A stretch of 64,000 bases of DNA from Candidatus Woesearchaeota archaeon. Lineage in GTDB: Archaea > Nanobdellota > Nanobdellia > Woesearchaeales > SKIA01. Shown here piece after piece: positions 38,857 to 47,376 of the stretch. The DNA is taken from positions 67,711 to 131,710 of the forward strand of contig JBJKRI010000008.1 in assembly GCA_046704725.1 (NCBI GenBank), read 5' to 3'. Numbering within the stretch: the first letter of the stretch is position 1; each line of letters opens with the position of its first letter. The notes beneath the pieces were generated by a model that had not been told where the DNA came from, searched no databases, and saw only the letters and a list, made by a program, of their open reading frames with translations. Both the position numbers and the translations under genes were made by a program.

Positions 38857-39558
38857 ATGAATACGGTGCGTGTCCTCTCGGTCCGGAAGGAATCCCCGGA
38901 CGTGAACACCCTGCTCCTCGAGAAGCCCGAAGGCTTCACGTGGACGCCCGGGCAGTTCGTCGTGCTCCAGCACGACGTGGAGGGAAAGCCGATGCGGCGC
39001 TCGTACAGCATCGCGAGCGCTCCGCACGAGGACACGATCGACATCACGGTCAAGCGGCAGGAGAACGGGCGATTCTCGCCCGTGCTCTACGGACTGAAGG
39101 AAGGGGATTCGCTGGGATTGCTCGGACCGTTCGGCCGCTTCAGCCTGCCCGATGATGAACGGCCGCTCGTCTTCATCGCGGCGGGGACGGGTATCGCGCC
39201 GTTCGTGAGCTTCCTGCGCACGCTGGCACGCACCGCCGACGGGCGGGACGTACTGCTCGTGGACAGCAACCACACGCCGGAGGACATCCTCTACCGCGAA
39301 GAGGTCGAACGCCTCTCCGGACGCCTCTCGTTGGACGTGAAGCACACCATCACACGCCCCACGCCGGAGATGGGATGGACCGGCATGACTGGACGGATCG
39401 ACGCGAAGAGCATCCCGGAAATAGGGTTCCCTGACGACGCGTGGTACCTGCTGTGCGGCTCGACGCGCATGGTGCTCGACGTGATCGCCGCGCTGCGCGA
39501 GAACGGCGTGGGTCTAGACCGCATACGCACGGAGAAGTTCGGCAATATCGTCGCCTAG
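38857..39558 (+). CDS. ferredoxin-NAD(P)+ reductase family FAD-binding oxidoreductase
   Basis: PGQF, RSYSIAS, GRFS, GPFG, AAGTGIAPF, LCGS motifs. Confidence 0.92.
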   Translation: MNTVRVLSVRKESPDVNTLLLEKPEGFTWTPGQFVVLQHDVEGKPMRRSYSIASAPHEDTIDITVKRQENGRFSPVLYGLKEGDSLGLLGPFGRFSLPDDERPLVFIAAGTGIAPFVSFLRTLARTADGRDVLLVDSNHTPEDILYREEVERLSGRLSLDVKHTITRPTPEMGWTGMTGRIDAKSIPEIGFPDDAWYLLCGSTRMVLDVIAALRENGVGLDRIRTEKFGNIVA

Positions 39559-39761
39559 AGGATGGGATCGCGCATCCCATATGCGAGAAGGACTATCACG
39601 AACATGGCCGCGGTTACCGCGGCGAGGATGAACAGTATCCCTGCGCCGCGCATATCAGGGTGCAGGCTGAGGACCTCGAAACTGCCTTGGACGGCCGGAG
39701 CGGCCGCGACCGCCGTGGCTCCCACGGCGAGGAGGCTAAGGAGCTTTGTGATGTTTCTCAT
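39555..39761 (-). CDS. small two-helix membrane protein
   Basis: 68 aa with two hydrophobic segments; overlaps the end of the GT3 gene. Confidence 0.55.
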   Translation of the reverse strand: MRNITKLLSLLAVGATAVAAAPAVQGSFEVLSLHPDMRGAGILFILAAVTAAMFVIVLLAYGMRDPIL

Positions 39762-41511
39762 ACGCGAGCAGGTGTGCCTGGAAATAATTCTTGATAAACC
39801 TTTCCCACTGGGTCAGCATGACGAGGCGTTTGGCGGCGAGCTTCTCGTCGTTGCGTCCGTACTTGTCCAGGCCGCAGTAAGCGACCATGACGGACAGCAG
39901 GTCCGAGACGACCTCCTCGTGGCTGCGGTAATGCCTGCGCAGCACGGTGACGCCCTTCTCGGCCTTGTCCTGGATGAAGCGGCCGAAGCCAGCGAGGTCG
40001 CTCGTGACGGCCGGGACGGCGAGGGCGGCGCACTCGACGGGGGTGTAGCCCCACGGCTCGTAATAGCTGGGGAACAGGCCGAGATGGCTGCCCGCCACCG
40101 CTTCGGTGTACGTGAGGTCGAGCAGGCCGTCGGCGCCGGTCAAGTAGATGGGGTAGCGGATGACCTTGACCTTGTCCTCCTCGCGATTGAGCAGGCCGTG
40201 CGCGTGGAATCCCGCGATGATCGCATCGTTCTCCTCGCTCGGGATGTTGTGCGTGCACAGCGGCGGGAGGTTCTCGTGGCGCATGGCGTCGGCCAATTGC
40301 GCGACGTGGCGCCGTGCGCTCTCGTCGAGGAGGGCCGTGCAGTCCACGCGGTCGAGCTGCGCGGCGTTGCGCAGGATTGTGCGCACGATGGTCCGGCTGT
40401 TCTCGCCGACGTAGTGCTGGAGGTGCGTGAAGGCCGCCCGCTCCTCGAGCAGCTCGGTCTTGATGCCGTGGGTCTCTCCGGGGATGAAGTAGAAGACGAT
40501 GACGGTCTTGCGGTGATTGGCGCGCTTGAGGTGCTCGTTGAGCCTTCCAAGGGCTTCGGTGAGGACGTCGAGTCCCTTGTTGCGGTACTCGTAGCGGCCG
40601 CTCACGAAGAAGATGAGGGATTGCTCGAGGTCGAAGGTGTAATGGCTGAAGAAATAGTAGTCGAGGAAGTCGCGGATCTGCTCGCGGGCGCGACGATGCA
40701 GGACAGAGGCCTCCTCTTCGGTCGGGTACTTCGTGGAGTCGACGCCGTTGAACAAGAGCACGTCAGGCTTTCTGCCGAGGAGGTGCTCAGCCTCGATGCC
40801 AGTGATCTCCGAGACCGTCGTGAAGACATCGGCGGTCTGGGCGCAGGCGACCTCTGCGGTGTGCTTGTCGGCGACATGGAGTTGTCGCGCCAGGGCGGCG
40901 GCGTCGAGCTTGTCGAGCTCGTCATAGAGTTGGATGTCGGTCGCGCCGCTGATGGTGCGTCCGAGCATCGTGGCGTGCGTGGTGAAGACCGTCGCTGTCG
41001 GCACGTTGTGCGAGTGCAGATAGAGCAGGCCGAAGCCGGACAGCCACTCGTGGAACTGCGCGACGATCGGCTCTTGGGAGTTGCGTTGCAGACGCTCGAT
41101 AAGCATGCCGACTCCCCAAGACCAGCGGAGCGGCTCGTCGAAATCATAGGCGCTGCCGAGCGAATCGACCTTGTACGCCTCCCAGAGCCGCCGCTTGATT
41201 TCATTTGTGTCGAAAGAGGCCTGGCGGGCGTCCAGCAGCACGACCTGCGGTTTCCCGCGGATGAGCCAATGGCCATAGACGCAATGGATGCCGGTCTCTC
41301 GCAGCTCCTCGAAGGCCTGGCGGAGCCGCTCGGGCGGCGGGGCCTCCTCGAAATCGGCGTTGCGCTTTCCCTGGAGCAAGGGACCGACGAGCAGGTAATC
41401 GTCGTAGTGATCGACGAGCAGGTCGGCCTTGCTGCGCACGACCGTATTGATGCCGCCGACCTTGTTGAGGACCTCCCAGGAGACCTCAACGACCATGGAC
41501 GGGTCGCTCAT
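39736..41511 (-). CDS. glycogen synthase, GT3 (eukaryote-like) family
   Basis: EVSWEVLNKVGGINTV, FHEW, FTTHATMLGR, GRYEYRNKG, PSYYEPWGYTPVE. Confidence 0.93.
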   Translation of the reverse strand: MSDPSMVVEVSWEVLNKVGGINTVVRSKADLLVDHYDDYLLVGPLLQGKRNADFEEAPPPERLRQAFEELRETGIHCVYGHWLIRGKPQVVLLDARQASFDTNEIKRRLWEAYKVDSLGSAYDFDEPLRWSWGVGMLIERLQRNSQEPIVAQFHEWLSGFGLLYLHSHNVPTATVFTTHATMLGRTISGATDIQLYDELDKLDAAALARQLHVADKHTAEVACAQTADVFTTVSEITGIEAEHLLGRKPDVLLFNGVDSTKYPTEEEASVLHRRAREQIRDFLDYYFFSHYTFDLEQSLIFFVSGRYEYRNKGLDVLTEALGRLNEHLKRANHRKTVIVFYFIPGETHGIKTELLEERAAFTHLQHYVGENSRTIVRTILRNAAQLDRVDCTALLDESARRHVAQLADAMRHENLPPLCTHNIPSEENDAIIAGFHAHGLLNREEDKVKVIRYPIYLTGADGLLDLTYTEAVAGSHLGLFPSYYEPWGYTPVECAALAVPAVTSDLAGFGRFIQDKAEKGVTVLRRHYRSHEEVVSDLLSVMVAYCGLDKYGRNDEKLAAKRLVMLTQWERFIKNYFQAHLLAYEKHHKAP

Positions 41512-42086
41512 CCGATCACCGCGCGCAAGAGCGCGAAACCGATCACCCCGATAGCGATTCCGAGCACGAAACCGATGAGGAAGTCGCGCAGGGCATGGAT
41601 CGGGTGCTGGGCGACGAGCGCGTGGTGCGGCGGCGGCTCGTGGATGGTCCGCGGGACGTCGGGGGACTGCTGCTGTGGTATGGCGACGCTTTCGTCCTCG
41701 GTGCGGGTCTCCTCGGGGATTTCGGGCTCTTCATAGAGAGGCTGGGGTTCGGGCCGTTCCTCCGGCTGCGAGTCGTGCGCTTCGGACTCCTCGGCGTCCT
41801 CCTCTGGAAGTGGTCCTTCGGAAGGTTCTTCGTGCGCATCCTCCGGTCCTTCGAGGAACTCTGTGAGCACGTGCTCGGCCTGCTCGACAGAACGGCATTT
41901 CTCCAAGCGCCGAGCGAGCTCCTCCTCATGATGGACGTAGCGTGCCCAAGCCGCATAGTCGTTGCGCTCCTCGGTGATATGATAGGCGGTGAGCTCGTGG
42001 GGAGCGTCGCGCAGCTTGTCTCGAAGCTCTTCTAGCGTGTCGGTGGCGCTGCCGTCCCCGAAGAAGAACGCGTCCGGGCGAGTCAT
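41508..42086 (-). CDS. DUF5752-like domain plus acidic linker plus C-terminal TM
   Basis: AFFFGDG..TLEEL..YHITEERNDYAAWARYV; E/P-rich linker; FLIGFVLGIAIGVIG. Confidence 0.7.
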   Translation of the reverse strand: MTRPDAFFFGDGSATDTLEELRDKLRDAPHELTAYHITEERNDYAAWARYVHHEEELARRLEKCRSVEQAEHVLTEFLEGPEDAHEEPSEGPLPEEDAEESEAHDSQPEERPEPQPLYEEPEIPEETRTEDESVAIPQQQSPDVPRTIHEPPPHHALVAQHPIHALRDFLIGFVLGIAIGVIGFALLRAVIG

Positions 42087-42090
42087 GCTC

Positions 42091-42546
42091 TCACCAGACC
42101 CGTCGGACGATGTGGCGGTAGATTGCGCGCTGGTGCTGGTGCGGGTTGCGCTCTGTGCCGCGCAATTCCTCTGCGAGGGCCTGCTCGTGCAGGACCTCTT
42201 CCACCCAGTTCGCGAAGTCGTGCCGCATGTCGTTGACGTGATGGTCGAAGACGTGTTGCGCCATGTCCTCGAGGGCTTCTGTCAGATCGCGCAGGTCGGC
42301 GAGCGTCTTCCCGTCGGTGACGACGAAGACCCTGTCCGCGGGCGCGCGCCGGTAGTGGTCGCGGGCCCGTGCGATGATGTCTTTCATCGCGCTCGCGGCG
42401 GCCTTGGCGGCGTTCTTCTTCGCCGCTGCCGTCTTCTTGGGAGCGGACTTCTTGGTCCGCTTCGCAGCGCGCTTCTTCGTTGTCTTCGTCGTAGATTTCT
42501 TGGCAGAAGCCTTCTTCGCGGTCTTGGCCGCTCTCTTTTTCGCCAT
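42091..42546 (-). CDS. DUF5752-like protein with N-terminal histone-H1-like Lys/Ala tail
   Basis: GAGGTGA SD then MAKKRAAKTAKKASAKK...; FVVTDG..LRDL..HHVNDMRHDFANWVEEV. Confidence 0.75.
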   Translation of the reverse strand: MAKKRAAKTAKKASAKKSTTKTTKKRAAKRTKKSAPKKTAAAKKNAAKAAASAMKDIIARARDHYRRAPADRVFVVTDGKTLADLRDLTEALEDMAQHVFDHHVNDMRHDFANWVEEVLHEQALAEELRGTERNPHQHQRAIYRHIVRRVW

Positions 42547-42551
42547 ATTGC

Positions 42552-43760
42552 TCACCTCTTGATCATGCCGACCTCTTCCTTGCGCGACAAGCGCAACTGG
42601 AGGTCCTGGAGTACGTTCATGAACGCGATGAAGCCCTCGTACGGGCTGTCGTACGCGTTGAAGTACTTGTGCACGTCCCCATCCGCGAACCACTTCGTAC
42701 ACATGTAGTAAAAGTGGTCGCTGGTCGTCAATCCCCGCCAGTCCCTTATAATGTTTTCGTCGCCTGACTCTTTCACTTCTTTCTCGAGTCCGTATAGCGC
42801 TTCGATGGCGGAATGCTGGAGACGATTGCCCAGCCAGGCGGAGAGGTCTCGTTCGACGTCCGCCCAGGAGATGAAATTGTGCGCGTCGTACACGCCGCGC
42901 GCCTCGTACCTGTCGACGGCCTCGCTGACCGTGACGAAGTCGTTGTCGGGATGCCGCAGGACGGCCTCGGGAAGGTGCCGGAGGAACTCGAAGATGCCCG
43001 TGTCCTCCCACTGGTGCTCCCCGAAGGTCTCGTAGTCCATGAAGAGATTGACGACCTCGCCGTTGCCGTTGGTGGCGTTGAGCCATTGGACGTACTTGTC
43101 CACGGTGAGGGGATGCTCCTTCCACTCCTTGTTGGAGAAGCGGAACGCGATGTCGTCCGACAGCTTGTAGTTCTTGAGCAATACCTTGATGCGCTTTGTC
43201 GCGGCGGGGCGGTAGACGAAGTTGGGGCTGCGCCAGCCGAGCAGGTGGTCGGCGCCCTCGGCGAGGATGCCCGCGTAGCCCATCGCCTCGACGCGCTGGG
43301 CGACCTCGTTGTTGAAGATGAGCTCGGTGTGGCGGAAGACGCGCGGCGTCTGCCCGAAGAGATCTTGGATGCGCTTGGTGTGCATGCGCACCTGTTCATC
43401 GAACTCCTCCTTGCTGTAGAGGTAGGCGAGGCTGTGGTAATAGGTCTCGGCGAGGAACTCGACATGGCCGGTCGCGGCCAGGCGCTTGAAGCTCTCGAGG
43501 ACCTCGGGCGCGAAGCGCTCGAACTGCTCCAACGCGGTGCCGGTGATGCTGTAGGAGATGCGGAACTTGCCGCCGAAACGGTCGATAAGCTCCTGCATGA
43601 CCGCGTTCGCCGGGAGGTATGACTTGCGCGCGACCTTGCGCGCGATCTCCGCGTTGAGCGTGTCGTCATAATAATCGCTGTGCTCGCCGATCTCGAACAT
43701 ACCGTAGCGCTTGAGCCGGTGGGGCTGGTGGACCTGGAAGTACATGCAGACGGATACCAT
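42552..43760 (-). CDS. glycoside hydrolase family 57 (alpha-amylase-like)
   Basis: FQVHQP, SYLP, ETYYHSL, FRHTEL, FMDYETFGEH, TSDHFYYM. Confidence 0.95.
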   Translation of the reverse strand: MVSVCMYFQVHQPHRLKRYGMFEIGEHSDYYDDTLNAEIARKVARKSYLPANAVMQELIDRFGGKFRISYSITGTALEQFERFAPEVLESFKRLAATGHVEFLAETYYHSLAYLYSKEEFDEQVRMHTKRIQDLFGQTPRVFRHTELIFNNEVAQRVEAMGYAGILAEGADHLLGWRSPNFVYRPAATKRIKVLLKNYKLSDDIAFRFSNKEWKEHPLTVDKYVQWLNATNGNGEVVNLFMDYETFGEHQWEDTGIFEFLRHLPEAVLRHPDNDFVTVSEAVDRYEARGVYDAHNFISWADVERDLSAWLGNRLQHSAIEALYGLEKEVKESGDENIIRDWRGLTTSDHFYYMCTKWFADGDVHKYFNAYDSPYEGFIAFMNVLQDLQLRLSRKEEVGMIKR

Positions 43761-43762
43761 GA

Positions 43763-44998
43763 TTATCTCCCCACGAGCAGGGGCGTGACCTGCTCGTAGA
43801 CGTGCCGGACCTGGTCGGCGGTCTTGTCCCAGGTCATTGTCCGGACCTCGTAGCGTCCGTGCTCCTTGAGGGTGTGGTGCAGCTCCTCGTACTTGAGGAC
43901 CGCGAGTATCTTCTCGGCGAGCTCCTCGGTGTCCCAGAAATCCACCTTGAGGACGTGATGGAGGACCTCGGACACGCCGCTCTGCTTGCTGATGATCGTG
44001 GGCGTTCCCACGCTCATCGCCTCGAAGGGGACGATGCCGAAGGGCTCTGAGACCGACGGCATGACGAAGACGTCGGCCATGGCGAACAATCGCTCGACGT
44101 CGTTTCGGGTGTAGAATCCCGGGAACAAGAACCGGTCGGCCAGGCCGAGGTTCGCTGCGAGCTCGATCATGCGGTGGAGCATGTCGCCTGTGCCCGCCAT
44201 GACGAACTTGACGTGCGGGTCGTGGTCGGCCACTTTGCGCGCGGCGTGGACGAAGTACTCGGGTCCCTTCTGGGCGGTGATGCGGCCGGCGAACAAGACG
44301 ACCCTGTCGCCGGGACTGATGTCGGGCGCGGGGACCTCGTTGAGGGTCTGCGCGCCCCAGTGGATGACGTGGATCTTGGACTGGTCCACGCGATAGTGCT
44401 GCTCGAGCATGTTCTTGACGTAGTGCGAGATGCAGATGACGGCGTCGGCCTCGTCGAGGGCAAGCTGCTCGATGTCTTTCTCCACCTTGTTGTCGCCGGA
44501 AAGGTAGCGGTCATAGACGGTGTTGTGGACGTGCACCACGAGCGGCTTTCCGGTGAGGCGCTTGATCCAGACCGCGGCGGGGACGGTCATCCAGTCGTGG
44601 CAGTGGATGACGTCGAAGTCCTCCTCGAGCGCGATGCGGGTGGCGCGGTGCGCGAAGTTGTGCACCTCCTGCATGAGGTCCTTGCCGTAGAGTTGCTTGC
44701 TCGTGCCGGGATTGACCGCCTCAAGCATGGTGGACTTGTACCTCTGGTCGTATTCCTCCGAGGACATGTAGGCGTGCATCAATGTCTTAACGGTCCGCAC
44801 CTTGAGACGGGGAGCGATGTTCTCGGCGATGAGCATCTTGTGCAGGAAGCCCGGGTCAACGTCCTGGGGACCGAAGGGCATGATGTAGGTGATCTCGACG
44901 CCTTGCTGGGAGAGTGCTTTTGAGAGCTCGTAACAGACGATACCGATACCTCCCGCGAAGTATGGTGGGAACTCCCACCCCAGCATGAGGACTTTCAC
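43763..44998 (-). CDS. GT4 glycosyltransferase (alpha-glucan synthase-like)
   Basis: MLGWEFPP..GGIG, HCHDWMT, GRITAQKG, PSVSEPFGIVPFEAM. Confidence 0.93.
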   Translation of the reverse strand: MKVLMLGWEFPPYFAGGIGIVCYELSKALSQQGVEITYIMPFGPQDVDPGFLHKMLIAENIAPRLKVRTVKTLMHAYMSSEEYDQRYKSTMLEAVNPGTSKQLYGKDLMQEVHNFAHRATRIALEEDFDVIHCHDWMTVPAAVWIKRLTGKPLVVHVHNTVYDRYLSGDNKVEKDIEQLALDEADAVICISHYVKNMLEQHYRVDQSKIHVIHWGAQTLNEVPAPDISPGDRVVLFAGRITAQKGPEYFVHAARKVADHDPHVKFVMAGTGDMLHRMIELAANLGLADRFLFPGFYTRNDVERLFAMADVFVMPSVSEPFGIVPFEAMSVGTPTIISKQSGVSEVLHHVLKVDFWDTEELAEKILAVLKYEELHHTLKEHGRYEVRTMTWDKTADQVRHVYEQVTPLLVGR

Positions 44999-45118
44999 TT
45001 CTCACTCCACCTCTGCATTCCGATTTTTGGCTGCCGCCGTTCATTTAAAAGTCTATTGTATATTTTTTCGTTAACTATATAAGTCAATTAGGTGCATGAA
45101 TTAATTAAATATCTAAGC

Positions 45119-45760
45119 ATGGAGCCCGAACAGCTTTTCACCGGCAGTAAGTGGGAACTCCTCGAGCAGCTCGCCAAGCGCCCGCAGAGCACGAGCGAGC
45201 TCGCCAAGAAACTCCGAACGAGCCAGGCGAATGTGAGCCAACAACTACGCCAGCTCGAGCTGGCAGGCATCGTCTCGCGAGAGCGCACCGAACGCAAGAA
45301 CGTGCACTACCAATACACGATAGCCGAACCCTTCTTGTACGTGGTGACTGTCGGTCCGCGGACAGCGCAGAAAAAGACCTTCCACAACGACCGATACCAA
45401 CGATTCTTGGCGGGGCTTCTCATGAACCGGCACGGCGGGGCATTGCTCGCTCTGGTGGCAGGGCAACCGGACGTGTTCAAGCGATTCGACGCGGTGGGCG
45501 TGCTCGATCGGGAACGGCCCGAACTGTTCGTGCTCGCGCAAGGCGTGGACGAAATCAGGCAGCACCACGCGAACATCGAGGTGAAGACCCCCGAGGGGAA
45601 CGCGCGCGTCGTGGTCTGGTCGCACACGCCAGAAGAGCTTCGGGATGGGCTCACGAGGAAGGAAGGCTACTTCGCGGACATGCTCAAGGACATCACGCTC
45701 CTCTACGACCCGGAAGGGACGCTCGAGGACGCAATCACAGAGACGGAGGCGATACAGTGA
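45119..45760 (+). CDS. winged-helix (ArsR-like) transcriptional regulator with C-terminal extension
   Basis: KWELLEQLAKRPQSTSELAKKLRTSQANVSQQLRQLELAGIV; divergent from the glycogen operon across an AT-rich spacer. Confidence 0.85.
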   Translation: MEPEQLFTGSKWELLEQLAKRPQSTSELAKKLRTSQANVSQQLRQLELAGIVSRERTERKNVHYQYTIAEPFLYVVTVGPRTAQKKTFHNDRYQRFLAGLLMNRHGGALLALVAGQPDVFKRFDAVGVLDRERPELFVLAQGVDEIRQHHANIEVKTPEGNARVVVWSHTPEELRDGLTRKEGYFADMLKDITLLYDPEGTLEDAITETEAIQ

Positions 45761-46032
45761 ACAAATTGGCGAGGATAATACAAGGACTCGACCACGAGGA
45801 GCTCCTGCTCCTCCAGAAGGACATGGACAGCGGAACCATCGAGAAGCTCATCAGCGCGCGGCTGCAGGAACTGCAGGAGAAACACGCGAAGACCTGCCCG
45901 GTCTGCGGAGCGCTTGTGGACCCAAAGACTGCACTGCGGCTGGAGTTCGGCACGCCCGACCTGAGAAGGCAAGCCTTCTTCGACGCCAAGGACTGCCTAC
46001 AGTTTTTTATGGAGCACAATCTCCCGAAGTGA
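45757..46032 (+). CDS. small TRASH-like metal-binding protein
   Basis: GTGA overlap; CPVCG...FFDAKDCLQFF. Confidence 0.7.
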   Translation: MNKLARIIQGLDHEELLLLQKDMDSGTIEKLISARLQELQEKHAKTCPVCGALVDPKTALRLEFGTPDLRRQAFFDAKDCLQFFMEHNLPK

Positions 46033-46059
46033 GGAAGCGATATGAGAAGAGGTGAGGGC

Positions 46060-46521
46060 ATGGGACGCAAGGGATTATCGCCGCTCATAGCGACGATACT
46101 GCTCATCGCGTTCGCGGTATCATTAGGGGTCCTGATAATCAGCTGGGCGCAGCCGCCCAAGCAAGCCGAAGCGCCGCCGAACCCGTGCGAAGGGATCAGC
46201 CTCTCGCTGCAGCAGGTGCCCGGCGGGTCGGCCATCTGCTACGCGTCCCAGACAGGGCATCTCGTCTTCGTGGTGAAGAACACCGGGACAAAGCAGATAC
46301 CGCTGCTAGTATTGCGGGGCCTGGACGAGCAGCTCAATGTCAAGGAACAGCAGGTCACCGCGCAGCTCGCGACGGGGGACTGGGCCAAGTTCGACATGCC
46401 CTATAGCACCTCCACACCGAGCAACCTCACAGCCGACATCATCCCTGCGGTGATGGTGAGCGGGCAACGGCACCTGTGCGTGACAGAGGACATCCAGAAG
46501 GTCGGCGTCCCCGCCTGCTAG
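46060..46521 (+). CDS. archaeal type IV pilin/archaellin-like protein
   Basis: Class III signal peptide MGRKG/LSPLIATILLIAFAVSLG; GAGGTGA SD. Confidence 0.9.
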   Translation: MGRKGLSPLIATILLIAFAVSLGVLIISWAQPPKQAEAPPNPCEGISLSLQQVPGGSAICYASQTGHLVFVVKNTGTKQIPLLVLRGLDEQLNVKEQQVTAQLATGDWAKFDMPYSTSTPSNLTADIIPAVMVSGQRHLCVTEDIQKVGVPAC

Positions 46522-46552
46522 GATTCTTATAGGGCGCGTCATTCCAAGGCGC

Positions 46553-47332
46553 ATGCGAATCGCACTCGACCTGTCGAAGACCATCGAGGAGAACGCCTCT
46601 GGCTATTTCGAGAAGGCGAAGCGGGCTCGCAAGAAGCACGAAGGAGCCGTCGAGGCGATGGAAGCCACGAAAGAGCGCCTCGCCGCCCGGAAAGCCGAAG
46701 AGGCGGAAGCGCGCGAGCACGCATCGCTGCAGAAACCGCCGGAACGCTGGTACCACAAATACCGCTGGTCGTTCACGAGGAACGGCCACCTGCTCGTGGG
46801 CGGACAGAACGCGGGCGCGAACGAGACGCTCGTCAAGCACCATGCCGCGGAGGGGGACTGGGTCTTCCACACGGACATGGCGGGATCGCCCTTTTTCATC
46901 CTCAAGCCCGAAGGGGACGTGACGGATGGGGACCTCGAGGACGCCGCGACGCTCACCGCGTGCTACAGCAAAGCATGGGCGCGCGGGATGGAAGGGGTCG
47001 CTGTCGCACGCGTGCGGCCAGAACAGGTGAGCAAGCAAGCACCGAGCGGCGAGTCGTTGTCGCACGGAGCGTTCATGCTCCTGGGAAAGACGTACACGCA
47101 CAACCCGCCCCTCGTCCTGGGGGTCGGGGTCATCGAACAAGAAGGAGTGCTGCCCGAGGTCTTCGTAGGGAGCGTGGAGGCGTGCAAAGAGCGGTGCGCC
47201 AAGCACGCCGTGCTCGTCCCGGGAGACCGCAAGACGAGCGATGTGGCCAAGGAGCTGCGAAGACGGATGGGCGGCGAACTCGACGCGTACGTGAAGGCGA
47301 TGCCGGCGGGCGGCAGCCGCATCCGGCAATAG
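46553..47332 (+). CDS. NFACT-R (DUF814) domain protein, short Rqc2/NEMF-like
   Basis: ENASGYFEKAK coiled coil; WYHKYRW, GGQNAGANE, FHTDMAGSP, QVSKQAPSGE..GAFM. Confidence 0.88.
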   Translation: MRIALDLSKTIEENASGYFEKAKRARKKHEGAVEAMEATKERLAARKAEEAEAREHASLQKPPERWYHKYRWSFTRNGHLLVGGQNAGANETLVKHHAAEGDWVFHTDMAGSPFFILKPEGDVTDGDLEDAATLTACYSKAWARGMEGVAVARVRPEQVSKQAPSGESLSHGAFMLLGKTYTHNPPLVLGVGVIEQEGVLPEVFVGSVEACKERCAKHAVLVPGDRKTSDVAKELRRRMGGELDAYVKAMPAGGSRIRQ

Positions 47333-47376
47333 GATTATAAGGGGCGCGTCGCGGCAACAGGGTAGGAGGTGACGTA

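Noticed and set aside
39562-41736. Very long antisense ORFs (also 4468..6549, 13105..14610, 17083..18669, 31910..33412, 49297..51240, 52050..53630)
   Set aside because: They mirror well-supported genes on the opposite strand; strong GC3 bias removes stops from the antisense frame, and the translations show no family motifs
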